This document shows, piece after piece, positions 46,894-58,987 of a stretch of 64,000 bases of DNA (position 1 is its first letter; each line of letters opens with the position of its first letter). The position numbers were made by a program, and so were the translations under genes. The DNA comes from Dictyostelium discoideum (Eukaryota). Below the pieces are notes generated by a model. It saw only the letters and a program-made list of their open reading frames with translations. It did not search any database and was not told where the DNA came from. The DNA lies in NCBI GenBank assembly GCA_000004695.1, contig CM000153.2, forward strand, positions 2,272,001 to 2,336,000, written 5' to 3'.

Positions 46894-47204
46894 TTCCAAC
46901 ATTCCAAAAATTTATTTAAAACTAAATCCAATTTATCATTTTTTAATTTATTAACAAATTGATTTTTTTTTTTTTTTTTTCTTTTTTTTATAATAAAATT
47001 AATCTTTGGCGCTAATAGTATGATGATGGTTAATTGAGAAGATTGCCCAAGTGATGATAACACAACTTTTATTTTTTTAATTATTGTAACCTAAGTAAAA
47101 AGGATCGTAACTAATTAAACTGGGTGTTCCAACTTTATTTATAGCAGAAGAAGGCAAGTCTTTAAACTCACAAATTTCAAGATAGTGTATAATTTTACTT
47201 TTTA

Positions 47205-47517
47205 CTATTCTATGAAACCTTCAAGACAATCCAAATCCTTTGTTTGTTTCATAACAAAATCTCCGTTTTGGTATTTGAACCATTTATTTGATTTTAATAA
47301 CCTATAATCTTTTTTATCTACATATTTTTCTTAAACACGTTCAACTGATTTTGGTGGATTTTTAAATGTGATTTATTAGTTTTTGATCGACTTGGAAGTG
47401 AAAGACAATTACATTATTCCAATTTTTATTGCTTCTTCTTTTACTTTTTTTAAATCATTTAATGTTACAGAATGTTCATTATCTTTGAAATTCATTAAAC
47501 AAACTTCTTCCGTCATT
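47205..47517 (-). CDS. Small hypothetical protein (66 aa), two exons, not in ORF track; join(complement(47414..47517),complement(47205..47301))
   Basis: An island of non-AT-biased sequence. The ATG is at 47515-47517. Exon 1 (MTEEVCLMNFKDNEHSVTLNDLKKVKEEAIKIGI+AT) ends at GTAATT (complement 47408-47413). A 112-nt intron ends in attatAG (47302-47303). AT+G gives Met, then LLKSNKWFKYQNGDFVMKQTKDLDCLEGFIE*. Other candidate acceptors in the intron all give immediate stops. Confidence 0.45.
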
Positions 47518-47956
47518 AATTAAAAAGAGTATTCAATAATACTATAATTTAGTTACTTATAAGGGGGTTGTGGTGTGTTGTAATATAAATAAACTCTTTA
47601 TTATTGTAATAAATAAAGAGTTTATTTAAATAAACAAAAAATTCTAAGATATATTAAAATGAGATTTTTATTCAATTTTTAAAAAAAAAAAAATAATGTT
47701 TAAATTAAATATTAATAAATTGGATTAATTTATTTTTTTTTTTTTTTTTTTTTTTTCATTTTTTTTTTTTTTTTATCATTTTTTTTTTTCTTGCAAGGTG
47801 TCATTTTTTTATTTTTATTTTTTTTTTTCATACTTATTTGTCTTCCACCAACCAAAAAAAAAAAAAAAAAAACAATTAATATAAATAACAATCAGAAAAG
47901 ATTTGGTTGTTGTTGTTGTGTACATTATTGTAAATAGTAAAAGAAATAAAAAAAGA

Positions 47957-48799
47957 ATGGCAAATTTAAATCAATCATCATCATCAATACAGGTTCCGAA
48001 ATTATCGAAATATATGATATCGTTTGGATATTTTTTAATGGGTATTATAGTTACAGCAACAATGTTTTTATCAAATAATAACAACTTTTCAATTGTGTCA
48101 TATACTTTATTATCAGAAATAATATTTGGTGTGATTATATCATTTTTGCATATAGGATTTTCAATATTCGCATTTCCTGGTAATAGTAGTACTTTAGATA
48201 AAATAAATAGATCTTTAATTGGACTTTCAATTGGTAATTTTGTTTTTTATTTCCTTTTAATTTTATATGGTGCTCCATTTTTAAAGTAATTATATAATTA
48301 TTATTACTACTATTAATATTTATTATTTTTATTAATTTTAATTATTTTTAAATCTAGGTCTATTCATACAACATTCTTTTTTGGATTTTTATTATCTTCA
48401 ATGTGTTGTTTACCACCATCAATTTTATTAGGATTAAATCCTCAAAATTGGAAAGATTTATTTTTTACACCAAAGTAAGGAGAAAAAAAAAAAAAAAAAA
48501 AAAAAAAAAATAATAATGATTATGATAATAAGTTTAAGATATATGATATTAATTAAAAACTTATAATTTCATCTCAATCATAAAGCCATAATAATATAAT
48601 TGATACATGTACCACAATTTTAGTTGTTTTTAGTATTTTAGGTGCTTGGATTGGTGCTTTCCCAATTCCTTTAGATTGGGATAGACCTTGGCAACAATGG
48701 CCAATTAGTTGTGTTTTTGGTTCAATAGTTGGTCACATATTTGGTTTATTCATTTGTTCAGTTTATTCTTTAGTTCACAAAGAAAAGAAGAGCATGTAA
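47957..48799 (+). CDS. GPI-anchor biosynthesis protein PIG-F; join(47957..48285,48358..48474,48634..48799)
   Basis: Exon 3 carries the PIG-F hallmark LGAWIGAFPIPLDWDRPWQQWPISCVFGSIVGHIFGL. Donors are GTAATT at 48286 and GTAAGG at 48475. Acceptors are at 48356-48357 and 48632-48633, both phase 2. The product of about 219 aa has multiple TM helices, matching the size of PIG-F. The tool ORF start (MVVVVV, TTG) is upstream of the real ATG at 47957. Confidence 0.8.
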
Positions 48800-49646
48800 T
48801 AATTAAAAAATTAAAAAAATAAAATAAAAGAATAAAATAAAAGAATAAAAAAAAAAAAAAAAAAAAAAAGAATAAAAAATATGATACAATAATAAAATAA
48901 TTATATAATTTCCTTTTATTTTTTTTTTTTTTGATCAAACCAAATAATATTTTTTATAGATCTCCATAAAATATTTAAATAAATAAATAAATTAATATTT
49001 ATTAATAATTATAATTAATTTTATTATTAATTTATTTTTTAAAATTTTAATAAAAAGGATAATATAATCATGGTTTTTAACAATCAGAATATATTCGAAA
49101 GAAATGATCAATTTTAAAATCAAACACACATAGTCCAAAAAAAGAAAAATAAAAAAATAATAAATACACTAAATTTAAACAAATTGAAATTTCAACCCGT
49201 TTCGCTTTTTATTTAATTTTTTAATTTCGGCCGAATTGCCGGATGCGGTTCTTTTATTTATTTATTTATTTTTTTTTTTTTTTTTTTTTTTTTCACAAAC
49301 CGAATATTTAATTAAATTTTTATTTTTTTTTTATTTTTTTTTTTTTGAACATTCGTTTTTTTTTTTTTTTTTTTATTTTTTTTTATTTTTTTTTATTTTT
49401 TTTTTTTTTGAAAAGGTTGTTGTATTTATTTAATTACATAAATATTTATAAATAATCTCGACTTTTTTAAAAAAAACATTATCACAAAGGTATGTGTTCA
49501 AAAATTTATTATTAGACCAACCCCCTTTAAAATAAGCATATCCACATTTAAAAAAAAAAACCCCTTTTTAAACTTCAACACGACATATCTGGTTTTTTAC
49601 ACTTTTTTTTTTTTTATATTTTTTTTTTTTTATATTTTTTTTTTTT

Positions 49647-49684
<38 letters not shown>

Positions 49685-50214
49685 ATTTTTTAATTGTATT
49701 ATTTTTTTAATTTTAATTTTATTATTTTTTTTTTTTTTAATTTGTTTTTTATTTTTTTTTTTTTTTAATTTAATTTAACCTTAAACCAAATTCCAGTTTT
49801 TTTATTTTGTTTTTTAAAATTTTATTTTTTTTAATTCCCAAGATACAGAAAAACAAAAGTATTTATTTATATCTTATTTTTTGCTTGGACCATAACGTAA
49901 ATATTGTATAAGCAATTCAATTTCAATTTCAATTTCATTCAAATAAAAATAATAAAAATAAAATAAAATAAAAATAAAAGAAATAATGACACCACACCCA
50001 CTTTTTTTTAATAAAATATAATTTTTTTTTTTTTTTTTATATAAAAATATATTTTTAACTATTCGAATTTTTTTTATATTACAATTACTATAATTTTATT
50101 TTATTTTATTTTATTTTATTTATTTTTTAAAATTTTATTTTAATTTTTTTTCTTTTTTTTTTTTTTATTTTTATTTTAATTTCTTTTGTATTCTTTTAAA
50201 ACCACATACTAACC

Positions 50215-50247
<33 letters not shown>

Positions 50248-50295
50248 TTTTATAGATTTTTAAATATTATATAATTATATAAATAAAATTTAAAA

Positions 50296-51334
50296 ATGGG
50301 TGATAGAATTAAAATTTTAACAGGTAATGCACATCGTGAATTAGCATCAGAAATTTCAGATGATTTAAATTTAGCATTGGGTAAAGCACATGTTGGTAAA
50401 TTTTCAAATGGTGAAACCTCAGTAATGATTAGTGAATCAATTCGTGATATGGATGTTTACATTATTCAACCAACTTGTAATCCAAATGTAAATGATAACC
50501 TTATGGAATTATTAATTATGGCAGATGCAATCAGAAGAGCTTCAGCTCATCGTATCACTGCCGTAATTCCATGTTTTGGTTATGCTAGACAAGATAAAAA
50601 AGATAAATCAAGAGCACCAATCACTGGTAAATTAGTTGCAAATTTAATTGAAACTGCTGGTATTGATAGAGTTATTACAATGGATTTACAGTAAGTCTTT
50701 ATTATTATTATTATTATTTTCGTAACATTAAAATATTTTAAATATTAATTTTATTATTATCATTATTATTTATAGTGCAAGTCAAATTCAAGGTTTTTTT
50801 AATATTCCAGTAGATAATTTATATGCTGAACCACAAATTATTAAATATATTAGAAAGTATATTCCAGGTGAAAAAGTTATTGTATCACCAGATGCTGGTG
50901 GTGTAAAACGTGCCAAATCAATCTCTGATAAATTGGATGCAGATTTAGCAATTATTCATAAGGAACGTAAGAAGGCAAATGAAGTCTCTGGTATGATTTT
51001 AGTTGGTGATGTAAAGGATAAGGTTGCATTGATCGTTGATGATATGGCCGATACTTGTGGTACTTTAGTATCCGCTTGTGAAATGTTAATTAGTAAAGGT
51101 GCTACTAAAGTTTACGCATTAGTAACCCATGGTGTTTTAAGTGGTGATGCTATTCAAAAATTAAATGAATCCTCTCTCACAGAATTAGTCATTACAAATA
51201 CAATTCCACATGCTGAAAAAGCCGCTAAATGTCCAAAGATTAAAACTATAAATATCGCTCATACTCTTTCTGAAGCAATTAGAAGAACTCATCATGGTGA
51301 ATCAATTTCTTCATTATTCTCTGATACAAAATAA
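50296..51334 (+). CDS. Ribose-phosphate pyrophosphokinase (PRPP synthetase); join(50296..50690,50776..51334)
   Basis: The sequence is colinear with human PRPS1: [21 protein letters not shown]...ITMDLH|[19 protein letters not shown]...[10 protein letters not shown]...[13 protein letters not shown]...[15 protein letters not shown]. The donor GTAAGT is at 50691 (phase 2) and the acceptor tatAG at 50774-50775, giving about 317 aa. Confidence 0.9.
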
Positions 51335-51960
51335 TCAAAAAAAAAAAAAAAAAAAAAAACACAAACAAATAACAATTTATAATAATATTTTTTTTTTTTC
51401 AAATTGTTTATTTTTTTACTTTTTTTTACTTTTTTTTTTTTTTTTTTTTTTATACATGAAAGTGGATAAAAAAAAAAAATTAAATTAAAAATAACAATTT
51501 TATTTTCTAAAACATACATACATATAAAACAAAACAAAAAATAAACAAAATAAAAACACAAAATACTCTTCACTAAAAAAAAAAAAAAAAAAAAAAAAAA
51601 ATAATATTTGGCCAAACATAAATCTGGAAAATTACGAAAAAAAAAAAAAAAATAATCCCTTCAATTTTAAGTTTTATAAAATAATAAAAAAAAAAACAAA
51701 AGAAAAAAAGAATATGAATTTTCTGATTGGTTTCATACTTCAACATACACAAAAATTAAGTTTGGCCGATTCACATGGTTTTTTTTTTATTTGAAATAAT
51801 TTTTTATTTGGATATTTTTTTGATTGACTTTAAAAATAAGTTTTTTTTTTTTATTTTTTTTTTTTTTTTGATAACTGACCAGTACATAAATATCTGAAGA
51901 AATTTTGGATTTTTTTTCTTATTTTTTTTTATTTTTTTTTGTTGTTATCAAATTCAAAAA

Positions 51961-53047
51961 ATGAATATCAAATATATTATTTTAGGTTTATTATTATTTG
52001 TTGTTGCTTCAGCCACTGCAAAATATACCTGTGAATGTAATTTCTCACATGGTGAAACTCGTTTAATTGCTGTAAAAGAGTAAATTTAGTTAAAAAATTT
52101 TAAAAATAATCATTTTTGGGTGTCAATTATTTAAATTCTAATTTTTCTTAATATGTGTATTAGTAAATCTCATTGTATGGAAAGATGTAATTCCATTATT
52201 CAAGAAGTTTATACTATTCCATGTGATTTACAAACTTGCACTTGTAAATGTACAAATGGAACTATTTTCGGTTGTCAACCAACTCCAACAACAACATCAA
52301 CTACCTCAGCTTCAACAACAACTGGTAAAGCCTCATCATCTGGTCCATCAACAACCGGTAGAGCTTCATCATCAGGTCCATCAACAACTGGTAGAGCTTC
52401 ATCATCAGGTCCATCAACAACTGGTAGAGCTTCATCATCTGGTCCATCATCAACTGGTAAAGCTTCATCTTCAGGTCCATCATCAACTGGTAAAGCTTCA
52501 TCATCTGGTCCATCATCAACTGGTAAAACTTCATCTTCAAGTAAATATTAATTTTCCTTTGTTCAAAAATTCTAGTAGATTAATTTTATTCCTAAATTAA
52601 TATATAATTTTTATTTTTATTATAGGCACCCAAACTTCAGGTTCCCAAACCTCAGGTTCACAAACATCAGGTTCACAAACATCGGGTTCACAATCAGGAC
52701 AACAAACAGGTTCGCAATCAGGTTCACAATCAGGACAACAAACAAGTTCACAATCAGGTTCACAATCAGGACAACAATCAGGTTCACAATCAGGTACCCA
52801 AACCTCAGGTCAAACCTCAGGTCAAACTGGTGCCCAAACTGGTCAATCAACTGCTTCAAGTGGTAGCAGTGGAAGTAGTGGAAGCAGTGGAAGTAGTGGA
52901 AGTAGCGGTGGTAGTTCTGGAAGTGGTGGCAGTTCTGGAAGTGGTGGTGGTAGCGGTTCAGGTAGTGGCATGGCAGTTAAAGTTGATAAATGCTATGGTA
53001 CTTACTGTCCATGTAACAAAGAACTTTTAAGTGTTAGAGTATTATAA
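51961..53047 (+). CDS. Secreted mucin-like protein with Cys-rich N-terminal and C-terminal caps and Ser/Thr/Gly/Gln repeat core; join(51961..52079,52164..52540,52626..53047)
   Basis: Signal peptide [20 protein letters not shown]. Exon 1 ends at a GTAAAT donor (52080), phase 2, with the acceptor ttAG at 52162-52163. Exon 2 has CMERCNS...[19 protein letters not shown] and the repeats [11 protein letters not shown] (6 copies). A second GTAAAT donor is at 52541 (phase 1), with the acceptor tatAG at 52624-52625. Exon 3 has [11 protein letters not shown] repeats and the SSG run, ending ...[19 protein letters not shown]. All three frames are open across the repeats, so the frame was chosen by phase continuity and the Cys-containing end. 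Confidence 0.55.
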
Positions 53048-53136
53048 ATAAATTAAATTATCGATTAAATTTTATATTTGTAAAACTATTTTTTTTTTTT
53101 TTTTCTGATTATTAATTATTTCATTTAATTATTTAT

Positions 53137-53178
<42 letters not shown>

Positions 53179-53319
53179 CAACCCAAAATCAAAACACTTT
53201 TTAAATTATAAAATAAATTTATTTTATAATCAAATATTAAGTCAAAAAATGTTTAAAAAAGAATAATCAATACCATGGGTATTAAAAAATTGCTTCATAT
53301 TAGTTCCTTATAATTTAGA

Positions 53320-53710
53320 TCATTTCAGCTTCAAAAAGAGAAATTCTCAATTTTATGCCAGATTCATTTGGTTATCATAAAGGTCATATTTATTATTCAT
53401 TTGATGGTTTAATTAAAAAAATTTATGTTGGTCTGGTTATAGGAATTTCATAGAGTTTATTGGTAAAAGAGTTTGCAATGTAAAAATGAGTTGAAGAAAC
53501 ATCAAAATCTTTAATTGTAGTGTCATAGAATAATGCCCGATAACTAGAAGATTGATTAAATAATTCACCAACACCACATGAGAAAATATGATATTGTACC
53601 ATTTAAAGCGAAATTTGAAAAGTAGAATACATTTATCATTATTTTGATTTGTTCACATGTACCATTTCTCTTATTCCAACATTTGCTTTATCCATTGGTG
53701 TTGACGTTAT
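53320..53710. pseudogene. Two juxtaposed fragments of the secreted-protein gene at 54080-55024: an inverted copy (about 53320-53425) next to a direct copy (about 53440-53710)
   Basis: 53440-53710 aligns at roughly 85-90% identity with 54270-54540 in the same orientation. 53320-53425 (+ strand reads REILNFMPDSFGYHKGHIYYSFDGLIKKIYVG) is the reverse complement of 54165-54260 (ILNFMPDSFGYHNGYIYYSFKNSLKKISV). There is no intact reading frame. Confidence 0.6.
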
Positions 53711-53763
<53 letters not shown>

Positions 53764-54079
53764 AAATATGATATTAAAATTTAATATACTTTTTAACAAA
53801 CAATTTTAAAAACATCATTTAATAATAAATTTAATATCACATTTTTTTAAATTAATATCATAAAATGATAAAAAAAAATAAAAAGGCAAATAAATAATAA
53901 AATTCTTATATATTATCTTTTTTTTTAGTTTCTATTATATTTTAATAAAATATATATTTTTTAATTATAACAAGTTTCATTTTTAAATACATTTTTTGTT
54001 TATTTTTTAATAATTTTTAATAATTCAAAAAAGAAACTTACAACTTTTATTAAAATTTAATTTATTATATTTTAATATT

Positions 54080-55024
54080 TTAATAACTTCCCGTGGTATC
54101 AAAGTCATAAATAAGTTCAGGTTTTGAATTTGAGTTTGGATCAACTGAAATTTTTTTAAGTGAATTTTTAAATGAATAATAAATATAACCATTATGATAA
54201 CCAAATGAATCAGGCATAAAATTGAGAATTTCTCTTTTTGGAGAATAATTTTTTAGACTGGGTAAAGGAATTTCAAAAAGTTTATTGGTAAAAGAGTTTG
54301 CATAGTATAAATGAGTTGAAGAAACATCAAAATCTTTAATTGTAGTGTCAGAGACTAATATTGGAGAACTTGCATAATGATTAAATAATTCACCAGTAGT
54401 GTTTGAGTAAATATTTGATTTTGTACCATTTAAAGCGAAATCTAAAAAGTAGAATACATTATTCATTATTCTGATTTGTTCACATGTACCAGTTTCTCTT
54501 ATTCCTACAGTTGCTTTATCCATTGATGTTGACGTTAATGGGAACACACCACGTTCATAAACACTACACATATAAATTAAATTATTTGTAGGATCATATG
54601 CGAATGAACCTGCATTTGCAACACTGAAATAATTTTTATATGCTGTATTTAAACTACTTGAACTAATCACTTTACCAAGTTCACGAGACGTTGTATTAAA
54701 AATTGTAGCTGATCTGTGGCCATCTGGTTGTAATGAATTATCACCAACTATGAAATCACCAGTGATAGGATTTCTCCAAAGTAAATTTATATAACCATCA
54801 GGTAAATTAAAAAATTTCCTCCATACAGATTTACTATGCATTGGAACTGAATATATAAATGGAGTTTCACCATTTCCAAGAAAAAGGCAATCAATTTGTT
54901 CATTAACTTTGTCCAATAAAATTCTTGAATATCTATTTGGATCAGAACAGATTTCTATTAGTGATAAACATTTAGTAGCCAATGATATTGTTATTAATAA
55001 TATTAAAATAATTTTTAATTTCAT
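54080..55024 (-). CDS. Secreted hypothetical protein (about 314 aa), member of a locally duplicated family
   Basis: The tool ORF is 54080..55099, and the biologically sensible start is the internal Met giving signal peptide MKLKIILILLITISLATKC (about 55022-55024). My reading of the homopolymers just upstream disagrees with the ORF track by 1 nt, so the start is approximate. No homology recognised. Conserved stretch: ...PDGYINLLWRNPITGDFIVGDNSLQPDG.... Confidence 0.55.
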   Translation of the reverse strand: MKLKIILILLITISLATKCLSLIEICSDPNRYSRILLDKVNEQIDCLFLGNGETPFIYSVPMHSKSVWRKFFNLPDGYINLLWRNPITGDFIVGDNSLQPDGHRSATIFNTTSRELGKVISSSSLNTAYKNYFSVANAGSFAYDPTNNLIYMCSVYERGVFPLTSTSMDKATVGIRETGTCEQIRIMNNVFYFLDFALNGTKSNIYSNTTGELFNHYASSPILVSDTTIKDFDVSSTHLYYANSFTNKLFEIPLPSLKNYSPKREILNFMPDSFGYHNGYIYYSFKNSLKKISVDPNSNSKPELIYDFDTTGSY

Positions 55025-55898
55025 TTTTATAAAAAAAAAAAAAAAAAAAAAAAACAAATTATTATTGTTATTTTTTTTTTTTTTTTTTTTTTTACCCACC
55101 TTATTTATACTTTTTTTTTTTTAAACTTAAATTGTTTTTTTATATTTTATATATTTTTTATTTTTTATTTTCAAATAACAGTGTTGTAAATAAAAACAAT
55201 TCCTTTATTCTTTAGGGGTTTTACTTTTAAATGTATAGAATGCACATGACTGTGTTTCAAAATTTCTTCTTTCAGAGAACCAAAGAAACAAATAAGGATA
55301 TAATAATCCCATTTATATGTGGGTATGTGTTAAATCTGTACAGAGTAAAAAGTGTTTAGGAAATTGGTGTGTTTTTATTTTTTTTATTATTTTTTTTTTA
55401 TCTGTTTGAATTTTTTATTTTTTTTATTTTATTTTTTTATCTGTTTGAATTGTTTTTTTTTTTTGTATTTTTTTTTATTATTTTTATTTTTGTAAAGGGA
55501 CTTCCCATTTTACTTTTAATTTTTTTTTTTTTTCAACCATATTTTCTTTTTTTTTTTATTAAGATTTTTTTCAAAAAAAGTGAAAAAATCTTTTAAAACT
55601 CTTCAAAAAATATCTTTTTTTAATTTTTTTTTTCTGATCTACTTTTTCCACCTTAGTGTGCTGTTTTCATAGATGTTTTGTTTTGTGTTTTTTCAAATTT
55701 TAAAAAAGTAATTTTTTTTTTTTTTTTTTTATTTAAAAAAATATCTTAAATATTCGTTGTAATCAGAAAATAAAAATTTTAATAAAAAATAAAATAAAAA
55801 AATAAAATTAAAAATAAAATAAAATTTAAAAGGTTTTTTGATCACAAAAAAAAAAAAAAAAAAAAAAAAAATATTGTTTATATTTTTCTATTACTAAT

Positions 55899-56173
55899 AT
55901 GAGAGTTTTATTCATTTTATTTTTATTTTATTTTTACACATATACAGAAGCACAACAATATTATCCAATCGATCCAACAGGAAAATGTGAACAATATATT
56001 GGAGACTCTGTAATAACACCATGTAGTAAATATTTAAATAACCCTAGTATGTATTAAATTTCTAATCATAATAAATTTTAAAATTTAATTTTATCTAACA
56101 AATGTAATAATAATTATTATTATTATTATTATTTTTTTTTAAAATTATTATTATTTTTTGTTTTATCTTTAAT

Positions 56174-56247
<74 letters not shown>

Positions 56248-57520
56248 TTCAATATATGTTTCATCAACAGCAAATCAATCAACAGCAATGTTATCATTAA
56301 ATTTATATTTTTCATTATTAGGAGGTAGTTCAGCATCATGCCAAAATGCATATACTTTTGCCACGTTATGTTCAACAGTATGATTTATTATTTTCACTTT
56401 ATTTATAATCATTTTAAAATAATTTTTAACAATTTTAATTTTATTTTTTTTTACTTTTTAAATTAGTATTTACCAGAATGTGAAATTTTCATAGATAATA
56501 GTACAAATAAAGAGATTGCAATGCCAAAAAGAGTTTGTTTGGATACTTGTAATAGTGTTTCAAAAAATTGTCAAATTACAAGTTATTTTGATTGTAATCA
56601 ATTGGAACCAATTAGTAAATTACCTTTATTTCCAAAAGAATCATCAGATTATAATTTAACAACATATGGAGGAGAATTAAATTATAGATTAGATTGTTAT
56701 GATCCACCAAAATCAAATGAAACCACTGTAATTGGTTATTGCCCATTTCCATTAGTTTTTAGAAATAGAACAATTGTTGGAAAAGGAAGTGATTCACTTG
56801 ATAATAGTGAAAACTATGGATATACATATGTTAGTGAGGATAGTTATTGTACAATTCCATGTCCAGCACCAATTTTCTCAGAGAAACAATGGGATAATAT
56901 TTTCGATACAAGTGATGCAATTTCATTGGTTTCACTACTTTGTTCAGTTTACTTATTCATAACATATATGGTAATAAATCCAAAAAGAAATAAATATGAT
57001 TATTTCTTTAGTTTTTTCGTACTAAGTATTATTTTAATGTCGATAGCTGGTACAATTGGATTTTCAGTTGGTGGAACGAGAAAACTTCTCTGTCCAGAGA
57101 TAAATCGTAGAGGTGTATATACAGATCCAGCAGTTGCTGCAGCTGGTTGGATTTTTCAATTTGCAATTATAAATGCAATTCTATGGTTTTCAATCAATTC
57201 TTTTGAATTATGGTTCCAAATTAAATTTATAAAGAGAAAATTACATTTAATAAAGTTTTACATTCTTGCAGTTTTAGTAATTTCAATTGCACTATCAGTA
57301 CCACTTTCGGCTATAGGTGAGTTTAATGCTGGTTTGGGTAATTTTGTAGTTTGGATTGAATCTGGAAAATATCAAAATTGGTTTTTCTGGGGTCCCTTAG
57401 GTATAGTTTTAACAGTAGGTACAACTTTTATTGGTTTAGTTATTTGGGAAATTTATAAAGTATGTAAAATAATTTTTTTTTTTTTTCTTTTTAATTAGAT
57501 TGTTTCTTCAACAAATTCAA

Positions 57521-57562
<42 letters not shown>

Positions 57563-57842
57563 AGATTGTTTCTTCAACAAATAAAAGTGATTTTTTCAAA
57601 TTACAATTAAAACCTTTAATGAATATGTTGTTAATTTATCTTACATTTGTTTATTTATTTGGTTATAATTTTTATATTCATAATTCTTTAAATGGTTTCT
57701 ATGGTTCATCAGAAGAGTTTAAAAATTGTATAATTTCAACAGATGGTAAAGATTGCAGAATTCAGGGTCCTCCATATAGTTCAATTTTAATGTTTGTTTT
57801 TTGTCTTAGGTAATTATTTTAATTAATTTGTTATTATATATT

Positions 57843-57877
<35 letters not shown>

Positions 57878-58183
57878 TGTATTTATTAATTTATTTTTCA
57901 CTTTTTTATTAATATTAATAAACAAATAAACTATAGAATTTATGGAGTGTATTGCATTGCATTATATGGGTTTTCACCTAAAACTAGATCAATTTGGTCA
58001 AATTCTATTGTTTTCAATAATTCAATGGCAAATAAACTCAAAACTTTGTATATTAGCAGTGGAACTACCAAGGGAGGAACATCATCAACTGATATAAAAA
58101 TGTCAACAAATAATAATTCAAATATGGATAGTGGGGGTGGTAAAAGTAGTTCAATGGAACCAGATGAAATAATATTACGTTAA
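55899..58183 (+). CDS. Frizzled/smoothened-like (Fsl) seven-TM receptor; join(55899..56046,56247..56377,56467..57459,57565..57809,57937..58183)
   Basis: Signal peptide MRVLFILFLFYFY, then a Cys-rich extracellular region (C..Y.....C..YLPEC...AMPKRVCLDTCNSVSKNCQ). The 7TM core follows (LVSLLCSVYLFITYMVI, FSFFVLSIILMSIAG, AAAGWIFQFAIINAILWFS, FYILAVLVISIALSV, GIVLTVGTTFIGLVIW, MLLIYLTFVYLFGY). Donors are GTATGT at 56047, GTATGA at 56378, GTATGT at 57460 and GTAATT at 57810. Acceptor AGs are at 56245-56246, 56465-56466, 57563-57564 and 57935-57936, and phases were checked against three tool ORFs. About 587 aa. Confidence 0.7.
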
Positions 58184-58987
58184 AAAAAAAAAAAAAAAAG
58201 CAAAGATATATAAATATCTTTTTGTAAATTAATTAATATTCATTGTGTTTTAAATTATTTTAATATAAAACAAACATTTTTATGTATTAAAACTAATATT
58301 ATTTATTTTTATAAATATCAATATATATTTTTGGTTCTTTTAAAAAAAAAAAAGTTTTGTTTATTGGAAAAAAAATAAAAAAATAAAAAAAATAAAAAAA
58401 TAATTCCAACATTTGTCGTAATATAATTATGTAATAATTAAATTGTTACAATAAAATTATGTTTTATCAAGATATTAAATTAGATACAATCTCGCTCACA
58501 AACTAAAATAATTTATGTTTAAAAAATTAGACTTTTCTCACTGGTGGGAAAAAGCCACGTGGTGAGTTTTTAATGTCGATTGAAAAACTCATAAACATAA
58601 TTTTAAATCTCAAATATAAAAAGTAAAAATTTTCAACAATAAAAAACATGCATAATAAATTTTAGGATTATCGATAAAACATCAACTTATTATATATTTA
58701 TTTATTTAATTTTATTATATTTTTCTATTAAAAGATTCTTAACATAACATGAGCAATAATTTAGGCGAGTATTTTAATTATTTATTTATTTTTATATTAT
58801 TAATATTAAATTATTGTGTTAATGTTCAACAAACATTCCATAAATGATTTATAAATGGTTAAATCCAAAAAACTTAAATTTATTATAATTTTTACAAGCA
58901 AACAATTTTATTTTATTTTATTTTATTTTATTTTATTTTCTATTATTTTATTTTTTTTTATTTTTTAATTTTTTTTTTTTTTTTAGA

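Noticed and set aside
47000-47160. TGATGA/CTG motifs suggesting a C/D box snoRNA near 47040-47150
   Set aside because: There is no properly spaced D box (CTGA) or terminal stem. The region is more simply the 3'UTR of the small - strand gene.
52223-52600. Overlapping ORFs 52223..52600 (+), 52301..52540 (-), 52620..52859 (-) and 52830..53030 (+)
   Set aside because: Alternative frames of the mucin-like repeat region. Only the frame continuous with the signal peptide and the Cys-containing C-terminus is coherent across the introns.
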